A stretch of DNA of 35,737 nucleotides. It comes from Octopus sinensis (Eukaryota). The DNA lies in NCBI RefSeq assembly GCF_006345805.1, contig NW_021828059.1, positions 1 through 35,737 of the forward strand. Direction: 5' to 3'. The translations under genes and the position numbers were made by a program. Position 1 is the first letter of the stretch. The number at the start of each line of letters is the position of its first letter. Below are positions 10,482 through 21,540 of this stretch, one piece after another. Under the pieces are notes generated by a model, which saw nothing but the letters and a program-made list of their open reading frames with translations, did no database searches and had not been told where the DNA came from.

Positions 10482-10611
10482 GAGGGACACAGCAGACGTT
10501 GTTTTATGTTGTGGACGACTAGCTGCATTAACATCCTTCCTAAAGAAATTGAAATGGCATATGCAGCCATCACACTGGACAGTTTGACCAAATTGCCCCA
10601 GCTGTAGCTCA
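10482..10611 (-). CDS. Possible 130-nt internal exon (tentative)
   Basis: Unique non-repetitive island bounded on the minus strand by CATTTTCTATTTGTACAG (acceptor) and GTACGT (donor). It is open in the phase that would follow the LRR exon: ELQLGQFGQTVQCDGCICHFNFFRKDVNAASRPQHKTTSAVSL. No family was recognised. Confidence 0.25.
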
Positions 10612-11040
10612 CTGTACAAATAGAAAATGACGACTACCAACTTCAACAGGTCATGTAATTGTAGAGTTTAAAATAACTCATATTATTGAATCAGTATCTC
10701 AAAAGAGTGAGGATGAATATATTTCTATACTTTCTTCTCTTGAAGTGAGTATAACTCTGCATAAATATATATTTCATAATATACCCACCTATAGACACAA
10801 ATGCAAACATAGATATTCACGTACAATCGTACACTCATACACAAAATGTTAGACAGTTAGGCAGACATACAGACACAAACACTCATAGACACCTAACATA
10901 GACACATAGACACACTCTAACATGAAAATAGTAGCAGAACATTAGTTAGAGATAGAAAGAGAAAAAGGAAGATGAGAAGACATCAAGTTCCCAGAAAAAT
11001 TTCGTAAAGAAAATAATATCAAAAAACTTAACCAACTTAC

Positions 11041-11112
11041 ATTTCCTTTAAACTTTGAAGGTTTTGAAAGGCTCCTTGTGGGATGGTTGTGATTATATTG
11101 TTACCGAGTTCT
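11041..11112 (-). CDS. 72-nt internal exon encoding one 24-aa leucine-rich repeat of an unidentified host LRR protein
   Basis: Minus strand reads TTTTATGTTTCAG | 72 nt | GTAAGT. Translation is xELGNNIITTIPQGAFQNLQSLKE(I/M), a typical LRR (LxLxxNxIxxIPxxAFxxLxxLxxL) with symmetric phase-2 boundaries. Confidence 0.9.
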
Positions 11113-11539
11113 CTGAAACATAAAACACAGATCAAAAGAATGAGTATTAAAAAGATTTCTTATAAAATATTAATTCTTCTATCTTTAGAATCATATTAAT
11201 AAAAAGAGGACGGTGAAGGAGAAAATGGCCGCGATGATGTTGATGATGATGATGAGGAGGAGGATTGCGATGTTGATTGTAAATGTTGTAATAATGAAGG
11301 TAAGAAGGAAAAATGATGATGATTATTATCGAAAACGATGACAAACCCTACCGATTAATTGGTGATGACGACGTTGATTATTACGATGTTCATAACGAAG
11401 GTGATGATGATTCTGCATGCTAGAAATAGCAGAGTAAATGAGGAAGGAAATAGTTATGATGACATGATAAATTATAACGATTAGTGAATACGAAAATATG
11501 ATTAGCAGAAGGACTATGAATATGATAGCGCTGAAGATG

Positions 11540-11549
11540 ATACTGATGA

Positions 11550-11589
<40 letters not shown>

Positions 11590-11601
11590 GATGATGACGA
11601 C

Positions 11602-11635
<34 letters not shown>

Positions 11636-11705
11636 GTGATGACGATGATGATGATGATGACGATGATGACGATGGTGACGATGATGATGGTGACGATGAT
11701 GATGA
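11540..11705. repeat. (GAT)n microsatellite within low-complexity purine-rich DNA (11200-11980)
   Basis: Direct reading of the sequence. Confidence 0.95.
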
Positions 11706-12107
11706 AAGATGCGATAAAAAATTAGAAATTGAAAAGATTAACGAAAAAGGTGAAGGAAAATAAATCATAGAACGGATAAATAGAGAGAGAAGAAGAAGAA
11801 GAAGCGAAAATGATTCATGAAGAGAGGAGAAAGCAGTTGATTAAAAGCAGAAGAACCAGAATATGATGAACAAGATGAATGTAGAGAAAAAGTTGTGAAG
11901 AAGACGATAAATGCAGGAAAAGAAGATATATTAAGACAAGAAAAATGACGTGGAATATCAGAATGGGGAAACAAGTGGGAATAAAAGAATATTAATACAA
12001 ATACTGTACTCACACATCAAACAAACGCAAACATATATTTATATACATATATACACATTTATGTATTTGTCTTGCAAGAACTTTTATGTGAAATCGTGTG
12101 TTGAAAC

Positions 12108-12590
12108 ATATATTTGTTGTATTTAGGAATGGTCATTTTGTCAGTTTAGCCTATAAAACACACGCACTATATATTTGGTATTACTTTGCTTCAGCGTTAT
12201 TTAATTTTACATTAATCTTAATCTTATTTCGGCCAGAGTTCTTTCGTCACACACCTGTGACCTCATCAGTGGTCCTTTGCTTTCTTCTTTCATGTTTGTG
12301 TGTCTCTCCTTACTAACGGTCAGCCATTTTGTATTTTGTATTTCTATTGTATGTGTTTTCATTTGCGCATTGATATACCTCTATATTTGTCTATGTTTAG
12401 TTAGAGTGTGTGTGTGTCGGGTGGAGGGAATGTCTGTAATATTTATATCTACTGTTTATATACGTTCGAAAGAACTCTAGCCGAAATAAGATTAAGATTA
12501 ACGTCAAAAATAAATAACACTGAAGCAAAGTAACACCAAATATATAGTGCGTGTGTTTTTATTGACTAAACTGGCTATATGACCATTCCT

Positions 12591-12605
<15 letters not shown>
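12108..12605. mobile_element. Foldback PLE pseudo-LTR/retrozyme-like element with about 135-bp inverted arms
   Basis: 12108-12246 is the reverse complement of 12467-12605 (about 85-90% identity by eye). It contains a hammerhead motif on the minus strand. Confidence 0.75.
12231..12274 (-). ncRNA. Minimal type I hammerhead ribozyme motif
   Basis: Minus strand reads GACCA CTGATGA G GTCAC AGGTGT GTGAC GAAAG AA CTC TGGCC. The core is intact, stem II is 5 bp, stem I has one mismatch and the cleavage triplet is CUC. Confidence 0.75.
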
Positions 12606-12667
<62 letters not shown>

Positions 12668-12977
12668 CTGTGTGTGTACATGCACACATCCACCTATATA
12701 TACCTTATCAAACCCTGATGTATAAACGCACACACTGACTTCCAGGCCACACATATATTCCCACTTTCTTACACACAGGCAAACATAAATTGCAAGACAA
12801 TATGAATTGTAGAAGAATGAGGGTAAATAAAGAAGATAAGAGAGACATTTAGTTTGTGGAAATGACATTGGATGACATATCGTGATCTTATTATGAAGAA
12901 GATGACTAACATAAGAGAAAGTCTCCCGCCCCTAAGCCCTAGACCATCACCTAATCACCCTTATCCGTCTTGTTGCC

Positions 12978-13096
12978 TAACAACAACAACAACAGCAGCC
13001 GCAGTTGTAGTAGTAGTAGTATAGTAGTAGTAGTAGTAGTAGTAGTAGTAGAAGAAGAAGAAGAAGAAGAAGAAGAAGAAGAAGAAGAATATGATA

Positions 13097-13154
<58 letters not shown>

Positions 13155-13180
13155 GCAACAACAACAGCAACAACATTAAA
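12978..13180. repeat. Compound triplet microsatellite (CAA)-(GTA)-(GAA)-(GAT)-(CAA)
   Basis: Direct reading of the sequence. Confidence 0.95.
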
Positions 13181-13357
13181 ACAACAATAAGAGAAGTGGC
13201 AGAAAATTTAGGAGCTGAAGAAAAGAATGATGTAAAAAATAAGGAGGAAACGAAGGAGTCTGTCATGAAGAAAACTTAAATATAATATTTCTGATCTTAT
13301 AATAATTCTGCTTGTCATTATGTTAATTAGTCCGTCGGTAACGCTTTCTCGTGATTA

Positions 13358-13780
13358 GAGAAAAAGAGGGAGAACGAAAAAGAACGAAAGAGAAATATCC
13401 AAGACCTGAGGTAGAAGGAACGTGACTGTAATGCTTCACGTGATTAGTTGAATGGAATGAGAGACCAAGAGAAAGAAAAAGGAATGAGAAAACGAAAGTA
13501 AGTTGAAGAGTGGAGCAGAAAAAGAGGGAGAGGGAGAAAAAGGAGAGGTAAAAAACCGAGGGAGAAAAAGAGGGAGAACGAAAAAGAACGAAAGAGAAAT
13601 ATCCAAGACCTGAGGTAGAAGGAACGTGACTGTAATGCTTCACGTGATTAGTTGAATGGAATGAGAGACCAAGAGAAAGAAAAAGGAATGAGAAAACGAA
13701 AGTAAGTTGAAGAGTGGAGCAGAAAAAGAGGGAGAGGGAGAAAAGGGAGAGGTAAAAAACCGAGGGAGAAAAAGAGGGAG
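13358..13780. repeat. 204-bp tandem duplication (two units plus a partial third)
   Basis: GAGAAAAAGAGGGAG starts at 13358, 13562 and 13766. The units are nearly identical. Confidence 0.95.
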
Positions 13781-14144
13781 AGGACATTGTGGTAGGGGGA
13801 ACGTAATATTTATTACGTGATGAAAAAGTTAGTTCAAGGTCATGATATTGAGGAGGGTTACGAATATAATTTTAGCAGAACGGTGATGTTCTGATGGTGA
13901 GATTAAAGGAAGCCAGATAGGTAGATAAATAGATAGATAGATAAACTGAGAAAATGAGAGAAAGGGGGAGTGAGAGACGGTGGTAGTTGTGGTAGTGTTT
14001 GTGGTGGAAGTGGTGATGATGAGTGCATAATGCAAAGTAACTTTTTAATTGAACTAAGTATTTTATATCCCCTATCACTTAACACATGCTCATAAATATT
14101 CACACTTATTTACAGTGTCATATGTACCCACACACACACATATA

Positions 14145-14187
<43 letters not shown>

Positions 14188-14282
14188 CATATATATATAT
14201 ATTACAATTCAAGAAATATACACATTATAATTAAAATATATATATTTCAATTAAAATAAAGGTGGACACACAGTAAATTCCA

Positions 14283-15147
14283 TCTCTACAAGATCCCGGT
14301 TGATGTTTTTACTGCTTCTCATACATTCTGCCGTTGGTGGTGCTTCTGCTACGGCGAGATGGAAATTCGCAGTTTACGGTTATTTGATCCTTGTTCCAAT
14401 GCTGTGCTTATGAAATAAGCAAATTACAAAACTTGACTGAACAATGGATAGATAAAGAAGATTAGAAGCTACTCGCCAGAGGGTTAGGCACTATAGGCAG
14501 CGTATAAGAGAAGAACAGCGGTAAGAAACCAGAGAAAGGGACAAATGGTACCAACAGATTTGACAATCTGCAATAAATGAAGAGGAACGCAAGGCACAAT
14601 TGTAGTGAGAGAGAATGGAAGACAAAGGTAGAAGACAGGATGAGGAAGAACAAACACAGTACAAGGAACAACAAAGATTGATATTTCTGCGGAGAATGGA
14701 AAACATGAAAGATATGCAGCGTGCGCAGTATCAGGACCAGCAAAAAAGCGTAATGTAACAGAGAAGGGAGAATATGGATGATTTGGAAAGGGCTGCTTGT
14801 CTCCAAGGTCAAACAGAGAGAGACATCAAGATGGAGTTGCAAGTATGAATGCTGAACAGGCGTTACGTTTGCGAGATGAACAGGTGCAACGAAAGCGTGA
14901 AGGAAGACATGGACTACCACTGAACAGACACAATAATCCTAAACGAACCTATCGTATTGGTGATATGTACTTATATTGCGAGTATTGTGGAGCACTGAAC
15001 TTTAAATATGAAAACTTCATGTTCTGTCACAATAATAAAGTGAATTTTCCTCCACTGCAACTAAATCCTCAGACATTGAAGCGTTTGTCTGAGAAAATTA
15101 CATCAGCAATTACAACTGCATACCTTCCTTTACGTCATTTGGTGTGA
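14283..15147 (+). mobile_element. Helitron 5' fragment (RepHel N-terminus)
   Basis: An R/E/Q-rich region is followed by IGDMYLYCEYCGALNFKYE..CHNNKVNFPPL and, frameshifted, NYISNYNCIPSFTSFG. This matches the Helitron IGxM..CxxCxALxF..E..CC..GKVxLP..NIRxYN..FxSFG motif. A candidate A|TC 5' end lies at 14283. The fragment is truncated by the Gypsy element. Confidence 0.8.
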
Positions 15148-15190
15148 AACTCTGTGTGCCACAGGGAAGAGGTCTACATTGTTTCTGTAT

Positions 15191-18100
15191 TGTTGTGGAA
15201 GGATTCCGACCACCTTCCAATTGACTAAAAGGGAACTGACATATTCCTATTAAATAGACAACTGTCGAGTCTTCAGCAATTAATTGGTAAATAGTTCACT
15301 GTGAGCCATTGACAGAGAGCGTTGGGTAATCGATTCGAAGTTTGCGTTGGATGTTTAAATTTGTTTGGGATGGGTATGAAACCAAAGAAAAATCGTTTAA
15401 GATAGAAGGCTTATTGGCGTCTGTGGTGCAGTTGCAACAGCAACAATAGTAATAACAACAAGAGCAACTATAACAGCAACAACAACAAAACCAATAGTTG
15501 CTGGAATTAATGTTAAAGAAGTCTAAAAATACTTCAGGCGTGAACTTGCCAGACAGCGTAGCAAACTCTAGTGAAGTATTCAGTTATAATCCAGAGGAAG
15601 GGATTACCTTCTCTGCATATTTTCGAAGATACGAAGAAATTCTCAAAGAAGAATTTAAAAATTGATCTGAGGGAAAAATAGTACGACTAATTGTAAGACA
15701 GGTATCCCTTGGCAAATACAAAAAAATATAGTAATTATATTCTGCCGAAGAAGTCAGGTGAGATTTGTTTTAATAAAAACTATTAACCTATTATCAAATG
15801 ATTTAGAACTGGACGAAAATTAACTCTACAGACAGAAGCAGAAGAATGCTAGGAAATACGACGCAGAAAAAAAAGAAGAAAAAGATTGATCGCATATTCC
15901 AGTGTCTCCACCGTAACGGACAAGAAATAAGACAAAAAATGTCAAGAAGGAGTCCATGTTGTGGTCTACATTTTAAAAGTAATTGCCCTTTAAAATCCAA
16001 AAACGAAATTTTATCAAAACGTTACAGTGAAAGAAGTTATCTGCTAAATACTTGAGGACAGTTTTTACATTTTGTCCAATAACATGAAGATTTCGTCACC
16101 TGTGCAGAGGATGTTAACGGAAAGTGTAAAAAATTCAAATCATATGAATGAAGATGATGTTCAAATGCATATTTCTTGTTTAAGGCCTAACTGCAAGCAA
16201 AGATGGAGATATATGTTCACGGATGTCAACAAAATTAGAACTGGACAAAAAGTAACTCTACAGGCAGAAGCAGAAGAATGTCAGGAAAGACGACGCAGAA
16301 AAAAATGAAGAAAACGACGCACAAAAAGAAATTGAACAAAAAGATTGCTCTCATATTCCAGTGTCTCCACCGTAACAGATAAGAAATAAGAGAAACAAAT
16401 GTGAAGATCGAATCCATGTTGTGGGTGCGGTGGTCAACATTTTAAAAGTAATTGCCCGTTTAAAAATATAAAAGGCGTCAAATGTGGCAAGAGAGAGATC
16501 ATAAAAAAATCTCACTGTAGAACAAACCTGGAAAACAGTTCAACAGAAAGAAAACACGAAAACAGGTTATCGGTGACCAAAAAACGAACAGCCTCAAAGG
16601 AAATTTGTGGACGTAAAGTTGCAACTAGATAAGGGCAGTGATAATTAACACAGATACATAGAAAAAAAAACAGAAGACCTAGATTAAAAGACATTTCGAA
16701 AATTGCAGGTGGTATTTCAGGAAAATAATTACATTTTAATGGCGTAATGATAAATCACGTTCCATTTCGTGGGAAAACCTTAAAAACCAAAGATTTTGTG
16801 TTGAATAATATCCCAAATTTATTCGGAACACTGAATAGAATTGTTTAACTTATGGGAACTCCCCATAAATCTTTTCAGTAAAAATGTGAATGGTTTTCTT
16901 GCCAATACAAATGAATCGTCGGACGATTTGTAAAAATAATTTTAAAAGATTTTTCCTGAAGTTCTCTCTGATAAATTAGATCTCAGCATCACAACGAAAA
17001 CGAAGTTCCAAGTAAAAGTAAATGCCAAACCGGTATTTAAATATAAACGAACTGTAACTTTTGCATCGTTGGAACAGATAAACTTTTGCAGCGTTAGAAA
17101 CAAATAAACAAAATCAGAGTGTATGCTGATTTTTTCCACTCGTTTAAATGAGTGTCTTAAAACGTTCCACTATCCACTACCTACCCTGGGGGATATATTT
17201 GCAAAATTAGACGGTGGCAAGGTATTTTCTTAATTGGATCTCTCTGACGCGTACCTACATATTAGAGTAGACGTGAATGCTATAAATACCTAAAAAATTA
17301 ACGCACATATATATATACAACAGGTTACTGTATGCCTTTATGTCACACCGGCGATTTTTCAAAATATTATGGATGCAGTGTTAGCGGATAGTGAATTTGC
17401 ATTTCCATATCTGGATGATATACTCATTAAAAGCGAATCACAGGATCAACATGTAGATCACATAATATATATGTTCGAAAAAATTAGGGATTACAGTGAA
17501 AAAGAAAGCGTGAATCTTCTTCTTAACGAAAATAAAATTGGACAAACAATTGAAAGAAATGGACGAGGACCAGATCCGTTGAGGGCAGACGCAATTAAAT
17601 ACATGCCCCCCTCCGACAAATATAAGGACCTTACATGATTGCTTTGGAGACAGGCAAATTATTACCAAAATTATATTCTAAATATTCAGAGGGTAAGTGT
17701 TACAGTAGATTATGTATTTAAAAAATGTCAATTGAAATTGCTCTGAAAATTGTCAAAGGGAATTCGACGAAATTTTAAAATATTAACATCTGATTTGTTG
17801 TTAGCACGCTTCGATTCTGTAGCGGAGAATTTTGTAACTTCAGATGCCTCTGAATACTGAATCGGTGCAGTAATGCCACATAAATAAAAAGATGGTAACA
17901 TGAAGGCGGTGGTTCATGATATCAGCAGAAAATATTACAGCCAAATCAAAAAAGAAGCTCATGTAATTATTTATGCCGTAAAAAATTGCATAGATTTTTA
18001 CACGGCAGAAGTTTTTGAATACAGACAGATCATCGTCCGTATTATCAGTATATGAGTAAAAGAAATAAATGTCTAGCCGTACTGCTAATAGGCTGCAGCG

Positions 18101-19410
18101 CTGGGGCACTGTATTATTAAACTATGAATTTAAGATAGAGTATATACCATCTAAAAAATTAGGACACGCTAATTGTTTATCATGACCGATTTCAGAAAAT
18201 GCTGAAGCATTTGAAGATACCGTGATTGCTACTTTGCGAGCGGAAAATGAAATTAAAAGCAAACTGTATAACTCAATGCGTGGACTGCTATTTACGTTAC
18301 AGGACATAAAATTACAATTGGGAAACGATATATTCATTAAAAAATGAAAGAAATGCAGAAGGGTAAAAGAGATAAAAGATATTCGAGCCTATCACAAGGT
18401 GTGACAATGTGCTGATGTATGCACAAAGAGTCGTAGTGCCAACCACACTACAAAAGCAATTACTAAAGGAATTTCATATTGAATCAAAGGGATTTCGATA
18501 ATGAAATCGTTAATGAGAAGTTAGGTATACTGGCCAACAACGGACTGTAACATTGAAGATATAGTGATAGTATGCAATACGCTGTTCTCTAGCTCCAAAT
18601 ACACCCGTCACAAAATGGCACCCGTGGCCAAAATCACTTAAGGTTTCATATCACTTTGTTGTGGGGGACTGTTTTTCAACGTGGTCTGAAGTGCATAAAT
18701 GTAGAAAGCCGACATCTCTGGTTACAGAGATATTTGATGTTTGTTAGAATAATCAGATCCATCTTTGATCAGCCGATACCGAGTGAAAATATTAAAAAAG
18801 GAACAATATTTCAAAATTCTTCAAGTTAGGAGACAAAGTTTTTTAGAAAACCTATACATAGAGTAAATAAGGCTGGGAGGATGGTACAATTATTAAATAA
18901 ATTGCAAGAATGATATTCCTGGTAAAAGGTGAAACAAATTTCGAACATAAAAGACTTATTAACCAACTTAAAACCTGATTCAAGGAAAAATCAGAGAAAA
19001 GAAGTGAATTTCTCATGAAAGTATTGCACGACACGTTTGAGGTACCAACACAGAAACAATTTGTAATTACACGTTCTAGCACCAGAAAACGAAACGAATG
19101 GAACACAAGAATTGAGCCCTAAGCATAAGAGATATTAAAACTCAGAGCGATTTTTATTCTCAAGTGGAGAATTTAGGGGAGACTAATTCTATAAAGGGGA
19201 GATGCTGTGGAAAGATTCTGACAACCTTCCAAGTGACTAAAAGTGATCTGACACATTTCCATTACATGGAGAACTGTCTAGTCGTAAGGAATTGATTGTG
19301 AACAATTGATTGGTAAGCATTTCCCTATGATCCGTTGGCAGAGAGCGTCGAGTCTCATGTAATAGTGATCGTATTGCGTCGTGTAAATAGCTTCGTTAAA
19401 TTATATATTC
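15191..19410 (+). mobile_element. Gypsy/Ty3 LTR retrotransposon (Mag-like), heavily decayed
   Basis: LTRs start TGTTGTGGAAGG (15191) and TGCTGTGGAAAG (19203). PPT AAAGGGGAGA at 19193-19202. PBS-like TGGCGTCTGTGG near 15416. Gag FSYNPEEGITFSAYFRRYE and NYILPKK with CxxCxxxHxxxxC knuckles. RT LDLSDAY and YLDD. RNase H NYSQIKKEA..TDHRP. Integrase HHCC region and C-terminal WEDGTI. Confidence 0.92.
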
Positions 19411-19518
19411 AGACTTCCACACTGCCATATGCTCGTAAACAAAGTGAAGATCAGAGATGATATAGACAGAATGGTAACAGCAGAAATTTATGATTCAAAT
19501 GATGGTCCCAAATGAAGC

Positions 19519-20780
19519 CTTAGAGTTACTTGACATAAACTTAATTTTATTGGAATTGACTTCAGATACAATAACCTTGTTATTGATATTTCTAGAGGGT
19601 TGGATGTTATTAGCTAAATTAATGTTAGTATTAGTAAGTGTATACAAAGCGAATGAAGGCGGATAACCCTTATTTAATCCCCTATTATCGATCTAAAAGT
19701 AAATATAACACCTTCAACGTAATTACACTATGAATACAAGTAAATATATTTGGTTAATAATTCCTTACGGAGACAAATTAAATCTAATCTCCCACTGCTG
19801 TTTCGTCAAGCTATTGCTAGGAATTTTCCAAACAATTCTAGATATTACTCTATAATCAATTCACATAAGGTTAGGATAGGTTTTTCAAACACAAATAATC
19901 ACTTGCAAATTATATCTTCTCATAATAACAAACTGTTAAATATTAATACACTTACTAATACTAACATTAATTTAGCTAATAACATCCAACCCTCTAGAAA
20001 TATCAATAACAAGGTTATTGTATCTAAAGTCAATTCCAATAAAATTAAGTTTATGTCAAGTAACTCTAAGATTAAAAATTCTATATACCAGTGTATAATC
20101 AGTACTCGTAATAAAGTACGATTTTACATTGGAAGCACATCGTTAGAGTTATCTAAAAGAATTTCTATCCATTACTCAACGTTTAGGGATAGAAATAAAC
20201 GGAATAGTACCGGTCTCAGCAAACTGATTTGGGATTTAAAAGACCACAATGAACAATTTCATTTAGAATGATTGATCCTCTCAATTTCGATACCATATAA
20301 CAAAGGCAAGAAATTCTGTCTTCTCTGCAATTCTGAGCTATTTTTCATTATTTTTTCTAAAAATACTCTAGTAAACACGGTTATAGAACGAGCATGCAGA
20401 TGTAAGCATTGGCAAAAACATACATTTAGTGCATATAAGTAGTCTCTATCATTATATATAATTTAAATTTTAATTTCCTTTATCTTTAACATTCGCTATT
20501 AATATCCCTACTCTTTCTGTTAGCTACTTATGACGTTATATCATATAGCGTTTTTTTAAACAATGTTAATAGCGTTCTGTCTATCGCTATAACAAATCCA
20601 TCATGTTTTGCTAAAATGTCTTATTGACGAGTTTCGTTTTTTTCACTTTCCTGAGGAGAAGATTGCATTGTTTATACCATTTATTCTTTTGAATAGTATC
20701 AGTGGAATTTTCGAAACATGTGTCGAAAGTAAAAATATTTGATTACACATGCGTTAACTCCATTTTTTATTCATATTATT
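19519..20780 (+). mobile_element. Penelope-type PLE: 3' ORF with GIY-YIG endonuclease, pseudo-LTR and a 5' inversion
   Basis: ORF 19750-20271 reads IKSNLPLLF..IARNFP..KVRIGFS..IISSHNNKLL..SIYQC..FYIGST..STGLSKLIWDLKD and continues PYNKGKKFCLLCNSE..CRCKH. A hammerhead motif follows downstream. Confidence 0.9.
20645..20730 (+). ncRNA. Type I hammerhead ribozyme motif in PLE pseudo-LTR
   Basis: ACTTTC CTGAGGA GAAGATT..(41-nt loop)..AATTTTC GAAAC ATGT GTC GAAAGT. Stem I is a perfect 6 bp, stem II is 7 bp with one GU pair, the core is intact, and the GUC triplet predicts cleavage after 20724. Confidence 0.88.
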
Positions 20781-20920
20781 CAAAATATTCAACGTAAACA
20801 TGAAGTTTCTACCTTTATAAACAAGGAGTTACAACACCTTTACTTGTGAGATTTTTGCTGCCCTGGTAACTATTTATTTATTTTCTCCGTGTTAATTGTT
20901 AACAAGGTAAAATTACACTC

Positions 20921-20976
<56 letters not shown>

Positions 20977-21018
20977 TATAATATATATATATATACATAT
21001 AACTAAGTTCAGCAAAAA

Positions 21019-21104
21019 TTGGCTGATGAGTACTCTGCATCTTAAATCTGTTTTAATACTTACAACATTTAATAAAATGATGTAGTACGAAACGATCGTA
21101 CCAA
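21019..21104 (+). ncRNA. Type I hammerhead ribozyme motif
   Basis: TTGG CTGATGA GTACT(ctgcatc)..(gatgt)AGTAC GAAAC GATC GTA CCAA. The core is intact, stem III is palindromic (ACGATCGT), and the GUA triplet predicts cleavage after 21100. Confidence 0.85.
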
Positions 21105-21438
21105 ATTACCGGTGTCATACTTGGTGCTTATTTTGAGTATATATAATTATAATTAAATCCTTAAATCCTTAAAAATGTTTTTGCATGAGTAATCATTTTT
21201 CTCTCCTCCCTGTTTTCTTCTTTCTTTTCTCCTACTTTCTTTTCCCTCTAAGCAGTTATGAAAGCGAAAGCTCATTAGGTCGCTTTCTCTAAAGAGGAAC
21301 GCAAAATTTCCACGTTCATATTTGAAACTTTTTCATGTCTGCAGTCTTATTTGTATTTTATTCGTTCCCCAACTAGATGGCAATATAACAACATGCCAGA
21401 TGACACTCGAAATCTTTAGTCACACACAACTTTATCGA

Positions 21439-21540
21439 TGTGCCTGATGGGATCCAGACTGATCGATGCAGCACAACACGTTGAACAGAGTCCCACACAT
21501 AAAGGACAATAGCAAGACGGGTCGAAACGATCGTTGTACA
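21439..21540 (+). ncRNA. Hammerhead motif with A9G core substitution
   Basis: TGTGC CTGATGG GATCC...GGGTC GAAAC GATC GTT GTACA, then AATAAA. All three stems pair, but the core reads CUGAUGG and the triplet is GUU. Confidence 0.7.

Noticed and set aside
19410-19515. Continuation of the Gypsy element beyond its 3' LTR
   Set aside because: It encodes a short LPYA..KVKIRDDIDRMV pol-like piece that is out of order. It is an isolated fragment too small to define a second element.
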